NCBI GenBank assembly: GCA_013265495.1
Contig: MU058824.1
Span: 1,887,111 to 1,951,110 of the forward strand
Direction of reading: 5' to 3'
Source: Vicugna vicugna
Taxonomy: Eukaryota
DNA length: 64,000 nucleotides
Positions 49,801 through 63,245 of this stretch are shown one piece after another. Position numbers and translations under genes: made by a program. Every line of letters starts with the position of its first letter. Within the stretch, counting starts at the first letter, position 1. The notes under the pieces were generated by a model that saw only the letters and a list, made by a program, of their open reading frames with translations, was not told the DNA's origin and searched no databases.

Positions 49801-51672
49801 TGGGTAGTTAGTAATTCTAATAATGCTAGCACATGCGGACGAGACAATGGAAGGATTAACACGGCTTTCTAGCACGATCACTTCATCAGCCACAAGGGAA
49901 AAAACCACGAGTCAAGAGGTCAACCCAAAATTTTTGGGGTGGGGAGGACACTATTTGAAATACAGATTTACAGTCACTCCAGTTAATGGTGAGCCTCACC
50001 TCTTGTATGTATTGTGCCTTGTGGCTACTGGTGATGGGCACTTGTATGTAATATAATATATTGGAGTGGGTGAGCTCAATTCTTTTCCCTTTGGAAGGAG
50101 TAAATAATCAAAAAAGGTTGGGTCCCCCTGCTCTAACTTCCTGGTCTTGTCTATGCTGCTGCCACTTCTGACACACCACCACGTTTATGATCAGACTTTG
50201 TTTGAGTGGGGTGCGATTTCTCCATTTCTCTACCTGCTCCCAGGGCAGAGACTCCATGGCTACCTCTGGGCCCAAAGAGCCCAGAATGGTGTTCTGTTTC
50301 CAACTGGGAACTTGGAAAATATGGATTGAGTGGATGTGCTTCAATTATGCTCTGCTGGCCTTTCTAGCAGCAAAGACCTGGGGTCTGTCTTCTGTCTTGG
50401 CCCCATCTTTCCCAGCCTAAACCACATTCTAGAGAAATGCAGTATCTTTCAAAGGTCTGAGCCTCAGGAGAGCCCAGCTAGGGTGAATGACCCTCGGCCT
50501 CACAATCAGAAGGCCTTCTTCCCCAGCCATCCTTGGAATTTGTCCCTCCGAGAATAGCAGCACAGATAAGGAACAAAATATGTGACACCGTATCCAGGCA
50601 CAGGATCAAAGGAAACTTTGTTCCGTGTCTTAGTGGACTTTCCTGGGCTGGGGGCTGGAGACCTGGCTCTCACTCCTGGTTCTGCCCTGTATGGGTGGCC
50701 CTGGGCATGCTGATTCTCCTTTTGTACCTCTTGATCTCTAGGGGCTTGGCCATTGCTGCTTTTCTGAGATGCGAAGTCTGGGATCTTTTTGGAGACCTCT
50801 CTACTGAGTGGTTCACAGCCCCCATCTAGGAGGTTTGGGTATGAGCTGGGCTCCAAACTGAGTGAGCAATGGGGACAACTTGGAGCATGACTGTGCCACA
50901 ACCAAAATAGGGAGAAGATGGGAAACTGAGTCACACAAGAAGCCCCCCAACCTGGAGCGGAGCCATCCCAGTGGCAGGCGGTCAGGGGCCTCAGATCTCT
51001 GAAGGGCTGTCATGGGGCAGAGAACCGGATGTGGTTGGTGGGGCTCCAGAGGTGGAGACAGGGCTGTGGGGAAGTTGTAGATTTCCACTCAGTGGAAGGA
51101 GGAAGTCTAACGATTGCGCTCTTCTGCCCGCGGAGGAGTGAGCTTCCCTTTAGTAGAATGGTGCAAGCCGGGACCTGCAGGCTTTGCAGATGGAAGGGTG
51201 TGGACAGGAAAGCAGAGAGCTGGGCTGGATGCCCATGAGGGCCCTTGACCCCAGGCAGTCCTGGGATATCGTGTCTGTTTCTTGCCCCCAGATTTAATAA
51301 GATCATTTGAGAGAGGGAGTTAGTGGGTCTGGCTGAGAATTAGATTAGACAAGAATTAGAGCTTCAGATTCTAAATCGGCACTGAGGGGTGGGGGAGGGG
51401 CACAAGGCTTCCTCTGTTTTCATCTAGTGAAGGGGATTTTGGTGCCTCCCAATGCAGATGATCTCTCCCACCCTCAAAACTGTAGATCTTTAGGTGTCGC
51501 TGGTTGAAGAGAAAAGGAACATGGGCACTTTGTGCTTCTGGTTTAATCTGTAAACCCTGTTCAAAGTCCGTATTCATTTCTGCTAAATGTTCATTTCAAT
51601 CCATTAATACAGGTAAGTAGTTTAAAACTGTGCCCCCTCATAGTGAATAGTCGATAGAAATTACCATTATTA

Positions 51673-52075
51673 GTTTTTTTAATTTATTTTTTCAATTGAA
51701 GTATAGATTTACAATATTTTATTAGTTTCAGGTGCACAACATAATGATTTCGTATTTTTATAGATTATACTCCATTTAAAGTTATTACAAAATAATGTCT
51801 ATAGTTCCCTGTGCTGTACGATATACCCTGTTACTTAGCTATTTATACATAGTAGTTTGTACCTCTTAATCTCATACCTCTATCTTGCCCCTTCCCTCTC
51901 CCCACTGATAACCACTAGTTTCTTCTCTATGTCTGTCTGTTTCTGTTTTGCTATATACACTCATTTATTTTATTTTTTTAGATTGCACATAAAAGTGATA
52001 TCATACAGTATTTGTCTTTCTCTGTCTGACTTATTTCACTCAGCCTAATACTCTCTCGGTCCATCCACATTGTTG
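51673..52075 (-). mobile_element. 5'-truncated L1 3' end
   Basis: aattgaagtataga...tagtttcaggtgcacaacataatgattt...tctctgtctgacttatttcact; TSD core CCATTATTA at 51664-51672 and 52076-52084. Confidence 0.85.
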
Positions 52076-52974
52076 CCATTATTACTTATTTTTAATTTCT
52101 TTTGCATTTACCATGTGCCAGGCAGTGTTCTAAGTGCTTGTCAGATGTGAACTCATTTAATATTACCATCCCATTTTATAGATGAGAAAACCTGAGGCCT
52201 AGAGAGGTTGACTAACCTGTCCAAGGCCTTCCGGCTGGTGTGAGTTGGGGCCGATGTTTGAGCTGGGCAAGCGGGCTCCAAACCACGTCTGTCCACTGCT
52301 GTGCTGCCTCTTGACGTGGTCATGCCATGTAATAAAGAAACAAAGTGCCTTTGCCTCCGTTCTCCAGGAGGGTTTTAGGCAGGGATGCACATTCCCATTT
52401 TATGGATGGGGCACTGGGGCCCAGAGAGGGACCCTTGAGCAGGGTCACACAGCAAATGAGGGCAGAGCAGACTGGAGCCGGGCCCCTGGTCTCAGAATAT
52501 CTGTGCACCTTCCCACTACAGAGCAGAGCTCCCAGCTGAAGCCTGGTGGGAGTACGTGCTGGTTATTGAGGGCACTGCTCCCTCAAGCGGTCCCTTCCTT
52601 CACCAAAATGAGTGGAGTCAGCTCCACAGAGGGCCAGCGAGCTAGAAGGAAGTTAAAGGAAAGAGCTTCCCTCTGCCCAGGAGAATGTTTTCGAGGCCAT
52701 CCTGAAGGTGCCTGGGGGAGGGGTGAGGATCCTCACCCCGAGGGGCCCCTCCTACTGGAAGCCTAGGCAGAGAAGCCCTGATGAGCCAGGAGTGAAAGAA
52801 AGGGTGAGCAGTTGGGGAACCAACTGCCCCTCATCCCCTGAAGTCGACTCTAAGGCCAGGAGTCAGGAAGGGTTAAAGGAACAGGAACTCCCTGGTGAAA
52901 CCACCGTGAAAGCAGAGGCAGAGCCCAGCGAAGGCGTGCAGAGAGCTGGGTGCTGATCTAGCTCCGTGCTGCTG

Positions 52975-53105
52975 TTCCTTTTTCCTTTATTTTTTAATTG
53001 TGGTATAATATACATAACATAAAATTTACCATTTTAACCATTTTAAGTATACCGTTCTGAGACATGCAGTAGATTCACACTGTTGTGCAATCACCACCAC
53101 CATGA
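52975..53105 (-). mobile_element. Old L1 3' terminal fragment
   Basis: ttttaattgtggta...acataacataaaatttaccattttaaccattttaagt. Confidence 0.75.
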
Positions 53106-53921
53106 TTTTTAAATTTTGACATCACAGTAGCCTAGTCTATTGTTTAATGGTTTGTTTACATGTATGGATGAAGAGTGTGCAGTCAATGCTAAAATATCAT
53201 GCTTAGCAAAGGGACCGTGCATAGGAGGCTCACACACAGCTTTTCGCATGCCAGGCACTGCTCTAAGGCAATTTAAAGGGATAAACGTATGGAATCCTTA
53301 TGACTCCCCTATAAAGCAGATTCTGTTAATGATCCTCTTTTACGGCTGAGGAGACTGAGGCACAGAGAGGGTTAGTACCTTTCCCCGCATCCCTCCCTGG
53401 CTCTTGTATGGGCACACTGGCTTGTGGAGCACTCGCTGTGTGCCAGCTCAGAGGCTCTGTCCAGCCTCTTGCCCCGTCTCATAGTAACCCGGGGAGAGGT
53501 GGGTGCTGTGTGGTACCAAGATGTAGGGAGGGTCTCTGACTCTGAAGCCTGCCTATGTCTTGACCACCTGCCCTTGATGCCTGCTGTTCAGACAGTGAAA
53601 CTGTCGTGGAAACACCTGCCCAGCTCTTGAGTGCTGGCCTGAACCCACATGTATGTATTTAGGATAATATTGGAGAGAGGAAGCCCAGAAACACAGCCCC
53701 ATGTGGCCCAAGTTAGGAAGGTGCCCTGTGCTCATGGAGCCTTTGGAGTCAGGTTCCTACGTGTTGTGTAACCTCAGGAATGTGCCTCCATCACTCTGAG
53801 CTGAGTGCAGCTTGCTGCATCCATGAAGTGAGGATAATTGTCCCCACCCAAGGTGGCTGTGAGGCGTGAATTCAACGGTGAGTGGGAAGGACTTTGTAAA
53901 TCATGGAGCAGGGCTGTGGAG

Positions 53922-54109
53922 CAGTGGTTCCCAAAGAGGGGTTCCTGGAGCAGCTGTATCAGCACCACCTGGGAACTTGCTAGAAATGCAGAGATCTCAG
54001 CATCCATCCCAGACCTGCTGAATCAGAAACTCTAGGATGGACCCAGCAATCTGGGTGTCAGTCAGCCTTCCAGGTGACCCTGATGTGCTCTCACATTTGA
54101 GACCCACTG
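53922..54109 (+). mobile_element. MER5A hAT-Charlie MITE
   Basis: cagtggttcccaaa...cacctgggaacttgctagaaatgcag...gaatcagaaactct...tttgagacccactg. Confidence 0.88.
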
Positions 54110-57100
54110 TTGGAGAGCTTCTTGCAAAATGTAAATGAGATACTGTCACCCATCTGAGCAAAGAGTCAGTCTTGGGGTGGAAGTGCCTCTTCAGCCTGGG
54201 GTGCTGCCTGTACTCTTTGTACTCCCTTGGGCCTCCTGTCCTCCCTGGTCCACAGGCCTAGCCTGAACAGATGTGGGCAGAGCCCAGGGAGGCTGGAAAT
54301 GGAGAGAAGGCCCACCATCCTCAGCGTCTGTTGCAGACACCACCCAGGGAATTGATTAAGGCTGCACAGTGGCATTTAATTCCATGTTGATGAGCGGGTT
54401 GGGGAGAAGCAGGTAGGGGCTTCCCATCACCCTCCTGCGTGTGCAGCTGGGCTGGAACGTGCGTTGTCGGCTGCCCAGTCCCAGGCAGGAGCAGGCAGCC
54501 CTAAGTCATGCCTGGGAACTCCTCCCACAGAAATGGGTTGAATGATAAAGGGACGCTGCTTCCTGATTTAAAACCCAGCTGCTGAGAAGCAGCCCAGGAA
54601 TGGGCTTCCCAGCTCAGTGTTTCTCTCCAGTGGAGACAGGGCAGGCCCGGACTCCTGGTCAGCAGCACGCCAGCTCTTCCCTCGTCCTGACAGGCCTCAG
54701 AGTCCCCTCGCCGCTCTCACCGTGCTCCAGCCGCTCCCGCAGACTGGAGCTGGGCATGAAACGAAACACACTTATTTTTTCCCTAGAACAGCCCAGAGCT
54801 GAGGAGAGAGAATACTTCCCCTCGCTAATGACAGGGGCTACAGCCGCTTCAGCCCTGACAGCTCACACCTGGGCTACAGACTTTGCCGCCTCCCTTCGTG
54901 GTCTCAAGTACCAGCTCCTCAGCAGGCCTTCAGAGCCTCGCCAGGCCACCCTTCCAGCCGCAGCCCTGACTGCTCCCCAGCATTAGCTCAGACCCCAGTT
55001 GATCTGGACCCTTCTGTTCCCTGGATGTGCCTTCGCCTACCCACCCAACGCCGCATGCCCCTCGCTGCCTGCGCCGCAGGGCTCCGGGTGTGGCTCAGCG
55101 CAGAGCCTTCCACCTCGGTGCTGGGTTCGTCCACTCAGCCTCGAAGTTTAGCTCAAACATAGCCTCCTGGTGGCCCTCACTGACTCCCCCAGTTTCAGGC
55201 TCCCTGCTGCCCTGAATTGAGCTTGCTGGCTTTTACCATCAGCCAGGGCTCCTGGGAGTCAGGGTCACCCCTGCCCCCACAGCACCCAGCACAGGCCAGG
55301 CTAAGAGAGGGTCCCAGTGATGCTGGCTGGACTCATTCGGGGCCCAAGGCCCCTGCAGCTGGGCAGGGTGAGAGCTGATGTGTGGGTCCGCTGATGACAG
55401 AATGCAGCTCCCCTGGCCAGGTGTCTGTCCCAGGACGGGGCCACAGGGCTTCACTGTGGGGCCATGAGCAAAGCACCTTCCCTTCCTGGGCCTCAGTGTC
55501 CCTCTCTGTCCAAAAGCAGATCCAGAAGCTCTGCCAGGGAACAGACGGTAACCAGGAAGTGGAGCCCCCAGGTTTTCCACCTCCAGGAGGCATCTTTAAA
55601 AAGTCTCCAGTGACCCTTGTCTCTCGAAACTCCCAGATAAGGAAATTGTGGGGCAATAAATCTGTGTGGAATTTTGGTCAGGGCCTGGTTCTGAGGAATA
55701 AACAGGAAGAAGCCCTGTTCTGTGTCTCCCGAGGGTCGAGGTAGGAAAGGACCAGCCCTCTGAGGACTGGGGCGGCCGCCAGCTGGGCAGTCCCAGCGTC
55801 CTCTCGGGCCCCGGGGCCTGGAACAGGTGGGCTGCAGAGCCCTCAGCAGGTTGTCCTAACAGGTGGGCAGGGCAGAGGCGTTGCTGTTTTATGGGTGGAC
55901 AAACAAACCCTGAGATAGGACAAGATTTGCCCAAGGTCACGGAGCAAACTGGCATCAGAATTAGGACTCCTCCACCTGACCAGCAAGCCTACTATGAAGT
56001 GACATGCCCAGTTCCCAGTTCCTAGTACCCAGAGCGGGTGTTCAGGAGAGGCTGATGGAGTGAGTGAAAGCTCAGTCCAGAAGCCAGGTCAGACTCCCCC
56101 TGGGTGCCTGCCTGTGGGGTCTGGCCTGTGGGTGGGCAGTGCAGAAGGCGGAGGGCCATTTGGGATCAACAGCCCCAAGGATGAATGGATGGACAGACGG
56201 AGGAAAGAAGGAAGAAATACAGGGAGCAGGACAGGAGGAAAGGAAGGGAGCATCCATCAGCCGAGCTCCTGCGTGGTACCAGACACACGCAAGGCAGTTC
56301 ACATCTGCTGCCTCATTTAGCCCTTGGCAAGGCCCCATGAGGTAGATGTCGGGTACTCTTTTACAGATGAGGATGCCGGGGCCCAGAGACAAATGCGGGC
56401 TTTGAACCAGGTGCCCCTCTTTCGCCTCCGTGAGTATCAGGATGGGGGACCTCACAGGCTACAAAGACTGCTCAGGCTGTGATCTGGGGAGGCCCCGAAG
56501 ACGGTTCTGTTTGAGCTGGGCCCAGGACGGTGCAGTGCGAGAAAGGGGCATCTGAGGAGCCTCAGACTTATCTGGGCTGACTTGGCTTTAGGCAGGGAGA
56601 AGGGGTGTAAGCAAAGATGGGGTGTCTGGGAAAGCCGACGCTTTGAAGGGAGAGTAGATAAACCAGAATGGCCCAAAGGCAGGTCTGTGGATGTGAGGGG
56701 AAGGCCGTCCATCAGGGAATGTACAGGGGCCTCAAAACCCAAGTCTAGAAGAGGACTTTATCCTGAAGACAGAGGGGACAGGAGGGGGCTGTCTTCAGGG
56801 AAATAACAGAGTCAGGGTGGGGGCAGGATAGGAGGCCTGGGCTGTGGTGGAGGAGAAATGGAGTCACTGCGAGAAAAGGCAGCCCAGGCCGCACACAGCT
56901 TGAGGGAGGGGTCAAGAGCAGGTGCTCCGTGGGGCAGGGGAGATCAGACCATCTCAGGAGATGCCCTGCTCCTCCTCGGGACCCAGGGACCTACCTGGCT
57001 CTGGGCAGTGTCAGATGTTGGGAAGAGGCACTCCCACAGACTTAATCGCATCAGCAGGAAAGAGGCATTATCTTGGCTCGCTTTCTGACTCAATCTGTAT

Positions 57101-57459
57101 TTCCTGTGGGCCTGCCGGGTGGCACCTGTGCTGGACCAGAAGGACCAGGGAGCTGGAGGAGGAGTGATAAAGGCAGAGGTGGGAGGGTACTCGAGGCAGA
57201 GAACCTGGAAACAGGACTGTTTTTACCTGCTGGCTGCGTGGTGCCTCTGCCTCCACTGTTGATAGGGCCTGGGCGTTGAGGCCTGCCGGGGGCAGTTTGG
57301 GGGAGGGGATTCCCCGGGCATCAGCATTCTGCTTTCCCGCCTGGGCTGTACTGATGTCCCAGAGAACCAAAGGGCTTCCTCTGCCCTTCCAGCCTCCGCC
57401 CTGCCCCCACCAAGACCCCCAGGCTCCTCAGCACTGGGCTGAGCTAGGCTGCTGGCCTC

Positions 57460-58003
57460 TGCTGTCAAACCCAAGTTCGTGTGCCTGATGCACAGTAAAG
57501 CCAAACAAACGGAAACGTCAAAATTTGGAGCAGAGAAAGGTTTAATTACAAGGGTCAAGCAAGAAAGATAGGCCAGGAGGGCAGAACTCATGCTTAAAAA
57601 ATCTGAACTCCCCCATGGTTTTCAGGGAAGAGGATTTTACAGGCAAACTTTGGGCGGAGGGCTGCAGGGTATGTGACTTTCTTCTGATTGCTGGTGCTCC
57701 AGGAATCCTGTGCTCAGCTGGAAGTTACCATCCTCCACCTGCGTAGGGAGCCTTAGTTCCTGTAGAAGAACTCAAACATATATTGTTATGTATATCCTTT
57801 GAGGATGAACCGGGACTCTGCTTCACTATTGTTTGCCTGTTTTTCCTTTGTTTCTGCAGTCCCTGGCGTCTCTGATGAGTAACTGAATCTGCCCTTTAGA
57901 ACTCAGGGCTAGGAAGCAGAATCCTTTTTTCTACAAACAAGAAACTCAGAACATGGAAAGGCTTTTGTACCAGGAGGACCCCACAGAGTCCTGCTTCGCT
58001 TCA
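57460..58003 (-). mobile_element. Solo ERV1-class LTR (about 544 bp)
   Basis: TG...CA termini; near-matching 4-bp flanks CCTC/TCTC; tttggagcagagaaaggttt and gaactcccccatggttttcagggaag resemble recalled laurasiatherian ERV1 LTRs. Confidence 0.75.
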
Positions 58004-58679
58004 TCTCCACTGGAGAGCCCCGCAGGAGACACTCAAATACACACTCCACCTCTCTGGGTTCTTCTGGATCCGCAGAGACTGTTAGTTAGCAATTTCACAT
58101 GTCTTTTCCCTCCATCAACGTGGTGATCACCAGGGGGGAAAACTCTGCGCACCTGGTGGGCTGCTTTGCACTTTCTGGTTTGGAACTTTTACTCAGATGT
58201 TGGGCCCTCAGCACGTACCTGTCGTGTGTTAAATCAAATCTCAGTGTCCTGTAAACACTGGGGCTACAACAGTCTTCACAGTGAACATTTGTTGAAGACT
58301 AAATATGCCCCCAGCGTCGCTCTGTGTGTTATGTGGTTAATCTCATTTAGTTGTCAAGTCAACCCCGTGGAGGAGTGTGGACCCGGGACTAATCAGTGTG
58401 GCTTCAGATTCCAGCTTGGCCACCAACTAGCTGTGTGATTTGGGGCAGGTTACTTAACCTCTCTGTACTCCAGTTTTTCTATCCAAAATTGAGGCGATAA
58501 TACTTACGAACTGTTGTGAGGATTCAGTTAGTACCTGGAACATACCTCACACAGAGTGAGGAATGTATTAGCTATTATTTGTTATTATGCCCAGTGGTAA
58601 GGAATTAGAAATGCTAAGTTACTGGCCCAAAGTCACAGGCATGATAGACATGTTCTATCATTACACTGTTTAGCTGAGT

Positions 58680-58818
58680 ACCTGGTAGCTCCATGTGGCT
58701 GTTGAGCATTTGAAATGTTATTAGTGCAACTGAGGAGCTGAATTTTACATTATGATTGATTTTAATATTAATTTAGAAGCCATGTGCGACTAGAGACTCC
58801 CGTGTTGGACAGAGCTGG
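58680..58818. mobile_element. MER3/MER33-like hAT MITE fragment
   Basis: catgtggctgttgagcatttgaaatgt...actgaggagctgaatttt...ttggacag. Confidence 0.7.
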
Positions 58819-59249
58819 TGCCTGGGTCTCATACCCGGTGATCTGATCTAAGTGATTCTAATGTGCATTGAGCTGCAAACCACTGCCCTGTGCTTTAGCA
58901 GCCTGTCAGGGTTCTGGCATCTCATCCTTTCCTCCTTTGGCCATTTCCCTGAATTTCCCCTTCCCCTGACCCCAACACAGGGCCTCATACAGAAGCAGTG
59001 CTGAGCCAGTAGTGGATGAAGGTTGGTGATTGAGTTAAATCATTTTCACCTCTCCTTATACACCTTCCTGACTTTTTTGCTTCGAGGTGTTCTGTTCTCT
59101 GGTTCAGGATATTGGGCTCTTTAAGAAGTCAGTTCTAGAGCCTTCTCTCTTGCAGGCAAATTGTCAGAGTTAAGGCTACTAGTGACTTACTATAGAATCC
59201 TTGCACGTAAATCAGATAAAAGTTTTCTGAAGGCCTCTATAGTAAGTGA

Positions 59250-59373
59250 AAGGGTGACCAGCTTTTTCCTGTTTGCCTGAGACTTTCCTGATTTTACCAC
59301 TTAAAGTCCTGCATCCCAGAAATACCTGCCCCCACACCCTGTCCTGGGCAAACCAGAACAGTTGGTCACCCTA
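59250..59373. mobile_element. MER81-like hAT-Blackjack MITE
   Basis: TIRs AGGGTGACCA / TGGTCACCCT with the characteristic interior. Confidence 0.85.
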
Positions 59374-62300
59374 CTTCTCTGCAGTGCGACACGGCCTCTT
59401 CCTGTTCTGAAGTAGGGAAGAAAACTGAGCCTGTGAGATGAGACCCTGAGGCCCTGATTCCCTAGGTCCCACCCTGTCACTTCAGACCCTATTGCTGGCC
59501 TGTTGTGGGCAAAAATAAAGACACCTTGTGCCAAGAAGTGACAGCTAAACCAGGACCTGGCCTCAGATGAACAAAAATGACTGGTAAAATTCTCACTGGG
59601 AGAAGTAGCTGACACCTGTTTCTCCTTTCTGTCTGGTGAGAAAGGAAGGTTCCATGGGAAATCGCTGGTCAGGCAGAGACCTGCGTCGACAGCAGGGAGT
59701 CCTTGACCTCAAATGGGCCTTGGCTTCTTGAACCAGATATCTCACCCTCTCCTGGGGTGGATCAGAGGCCCTGATAAGGATTTAGGGTAAATTAGAAAGG
59801 AGCTTTCTGGTCAAGTTTGGGGTCAGGGCCAGGATCAAGATAAACTCTCTGACAGATGATAGTCAACCCAGGATTGGCGTCAGGGTATTGGACCCACCTG
59901 TAGTTAGGTGAATATTGTGTTAATTCTTGGTCTCTGTAGATCACCTTCAGAGTCCTTTACTCTTTATGGTAACCTTTTTTCATTTTTTAAAACTGGGTAA
60001 CATGTGATTCAGATATTCCTCTATTAACTGACATGGGTGTGGTGGTTCAGACCGTCCCATGAGGCGTGCTTGGGGGCAGCTCAGTGACCACAAGGTCAGG
60101 TTTTAGGAAAAAATAAAATACGGTTCCAAATATTAGATGCAGAACCACACACTTCCCAAGGGGCCAGTGGTGGCCAGCAGCACCAGACTCCTCCCCATCC
60201 TTGACGTTCAAAGACCAAATCAGATAATTTCATTCTCTCCCTGAGGCCAGGTACAGCACAATTAATGAATAATCTATTATACTGCTTTGTACCACACCCA
60301 GTTTGGATTCGGTTTCAGCCACCCTGCAGCTAACCCTTGTCCTGTAATGATTCAGGGCTGGGCTGGGAAGACAGGCCTTTGGGGCCAGGCAGGGAAGTCT
60401 CTGTGTCTCTGTCTCTGTCTCCATCTCTCTCACACATCAGAAAGGAGCATGTGGCAGGAAGAGGGGCATCTGCACCACGTCCTGGCTTCTGCTTCCCACC
60501 GCCTCTGCTCCTACTAATGCGATCTTGGTCATGTCACTTCCTCTGCCCCACATGGGGACAACAGTCCCCAGGAGAGTTGTAAGGGGTGGGACAGGCAGTG
60601 AGCCATTCTGCTGTTGGGCATTAAGAAATAAGCTCAATGGGATGTTACACCCAGCAATCACTAAATCTTTTTGAGGGGTGGGGAATTCACAGCGCAAAGA
60701 GCCTAATCCCATGGCGTCAGGCCTGCTAAGCACCCTTGGGATAGCAGTAGAATCAGTGCCACCCCCTGCTTTGTGCCCCCCAGCGGTCTGGCTGCTGTGG
60801 CTTTGATGTAGGCCCAGCTGGATGGGACCAGGCAGGATAGGACAAGTGGCGTGGGGTAAACCTGGCCCAGATTGCTGTTCTGGCCCAGCCCTTGGGTGAG
60901 GGCCTCGCAGTGCTGAGGGCCCACTATGGTCTGCATTTTCAGGCAAGTGCCTGCTTGTGGGGAAGGTAAAACTGCTCTCTGAATTGCTGAGCCCTTAAAC
61001 TCACATATGCACTGATGCGCACCTGCTGTGTGTGCAGTACATGCACAGACACAAACACCCCGATACATGGGTGCTGCACACTCACAGGAGCACATGAGCA
61101 CATGTGAACGCCCTGATCAGTCCCGTGCTCATGCACAGACTTGCACACACAGTGCACACGAATTTGCACAAACTCCCCCAGACCCTGCATATGTACATGC
61201 ACACGCCTATACTTGAGGGAAAGACGGCCTGCCTGGCCTGGTGCCACCCACACTTCTGTAAGTTTCCCTCATGAGAACAGTCCTAGAAGAAACTTGGCAG
61301 TGGGGATTAGGTGCTGGGGCCAGGTGGGGTGGGGTGGGAGAGAGGAGTTTGGCACAGAGTTCAGGGCTGAGTGATGTTTACGCTGCTCCCAGGCTGGCCG
61401 GCTTCGTCAGTGGAGGCCAACAGCCCCCTTTCCAGAGGGTGTCCACTTGGGTTCCTTTTCTGTGAAGTGGGTGGATGATGATCATGATACCTCCTTTTGG
61501 GAGCCGAGGTGGGATTCGGGGTGTAATGAGCGGAGCTCCGTCGTCATGCTCGTTGTCTGGAGCTGAGGGCTCCGGAGACAGCTCGGTTCAGCTCCCAGCT
61601 CCACCGCCTCCTCGCTGTGTGACATTGGGAAGGTTGCTTCGCTCTTCTGCCTCAACTCCTACATCCGTAACGGGGAGCAAGGTAGCACCTACTGTTAAAT
61701 TCATACAGGGGAAGCACTTGAAACGTGCCTGGTGCCTAGCGAGCACCCCAAACTGTGGGCTGCTATTGCCGTGGATGTAGCTGTGAGCTCAAAGAGAGGC
61801 ATTGCCCAGGCCTCTGACAGCCCCGAACCTGAACCTGGACCCAGAGCCGTCCCCATCCCCAGGCTGTGAAGGGAGAGCGTTGGGAGTGGCTGGAGGGGCC
61901 AGGACTGCTGATGCTGGTCAGGTCATGTTGATCTCAGCAGCGATGACTGGCCCCAGTGCCCCACAGCCCACCGTGGGCACAGCACCACGGCCGGTTTATC
62001 CCCCTCTCTGGTTTTTCACGAACCCGTCCCTCCCTCTCCATCCCCTCTGCCCTCCTTCAGCCCAGGTGACCATCACTCTCATCTGTTCCACCCTTTCTTT
62101 CTCTAACCATCAGAGGAATCACCTAATAGTGAACACTGGTCCTCACCTTCCCATGCTGTAACCCCTACTATAGCTCCCCATTGCCCTCAGAGTCCAGGTT
62201 ATTTCACTTGGCTCCTGAGAGGATCTGGGTCCTGCCTGCTCGCCCACCTCTTCCCTGTAGCCTCCTGGGCCCTGCCCACACCAAGCACAGGCAGCCATTA

Positions 62301-63211
62301 CCTGTTTACCATTAATTGGACCTGCATGGGATAGTGTGTTGGTCAGGACAGATAGACTATTCTCTGTGACAAATAACCCTGCTACTTCTCAGTGGTTCAC
62401 TCTATAAGTTTATTTCCCAGTCACACTATTTGTCCAACATGAGTCAGTTGTGGGGAGGTGCTTTGTTCACATAGTCCCTTGGGGACCCAGGATGATGGAA
62501 GCTGCACCATCTGGAACATGTGACCTCATCCTTCCAGCCAAGGACAAGAATTCCAGAGGGTCACAGGCAGGTCTTACATGCTTCAGCCTGGAAGTGACAC
62601 TGGTCACTTTTGCCCATGATTCACTGGCTAGGCCTAATAGTGGCTGTCTAACTGCAAGGAGGCTGAGACAGGATGGGAGCAGTGGAATATCTGGTGAGCA
62701 TCACAGTAGGCCACACACAGGTCCCCCACCACCACCATCGGCACCCTCTGCCCCAGTTCATCCCCCACCGCTCAAGACAAGGCAGGAGTAGGGTCCCAGG
62801 ACCTGAGCCTGCTGACTTGCCCCCTACTTTGCCACCACCCACGCAGGCTCCAGGCAACTCATCAGCTGCCACCTAATTGCCAAGACACTGGGGAGATCAT
62901 TATCCCTTGATCTTCCTTCCTAAGATGATCTTTAGGACCCATTTCTCTCAGGACACAGAGCAGAGCAAAGCCAAGCTGCTCCTTAGCAAGTGGTGGCGTT
63001 TATCTTACAGACACTGAGTAAATCCCTTTCTGATTCTGTTTCCTTTGTCGAATTGACCACTAGGAAGCTCAGACTCAAATTTCGCCCCCTGAGGTCCACT
63101 TCCTCTGTGTGCAGGGTCTGGCAGCACACGTTTGTAGTTGACTCCCCCCACATTTCAGGTGATCTCTTGGTTCTCGCATTTTCCCTCTGTCCCCATTTCC
63201 TCACCATGGCA

Positions 63212-63214
<3 letters not shown>

Positions 63215-63244
<30 letters not shown>
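63215..63244. repeat. (GT)15 microsatellite
   Basis: Read directly from the sequence. Confidence 0.95.

Positions 63245-63245
<1 letters not shown>

Noticed and set aside
58637..58661. Near-palindrome ATGATAGACATGTTCTATCAT containing a p53-like half site
   Set aside because: Only one good half site; the second overlaps it and mismatches; lies among repeat fragments
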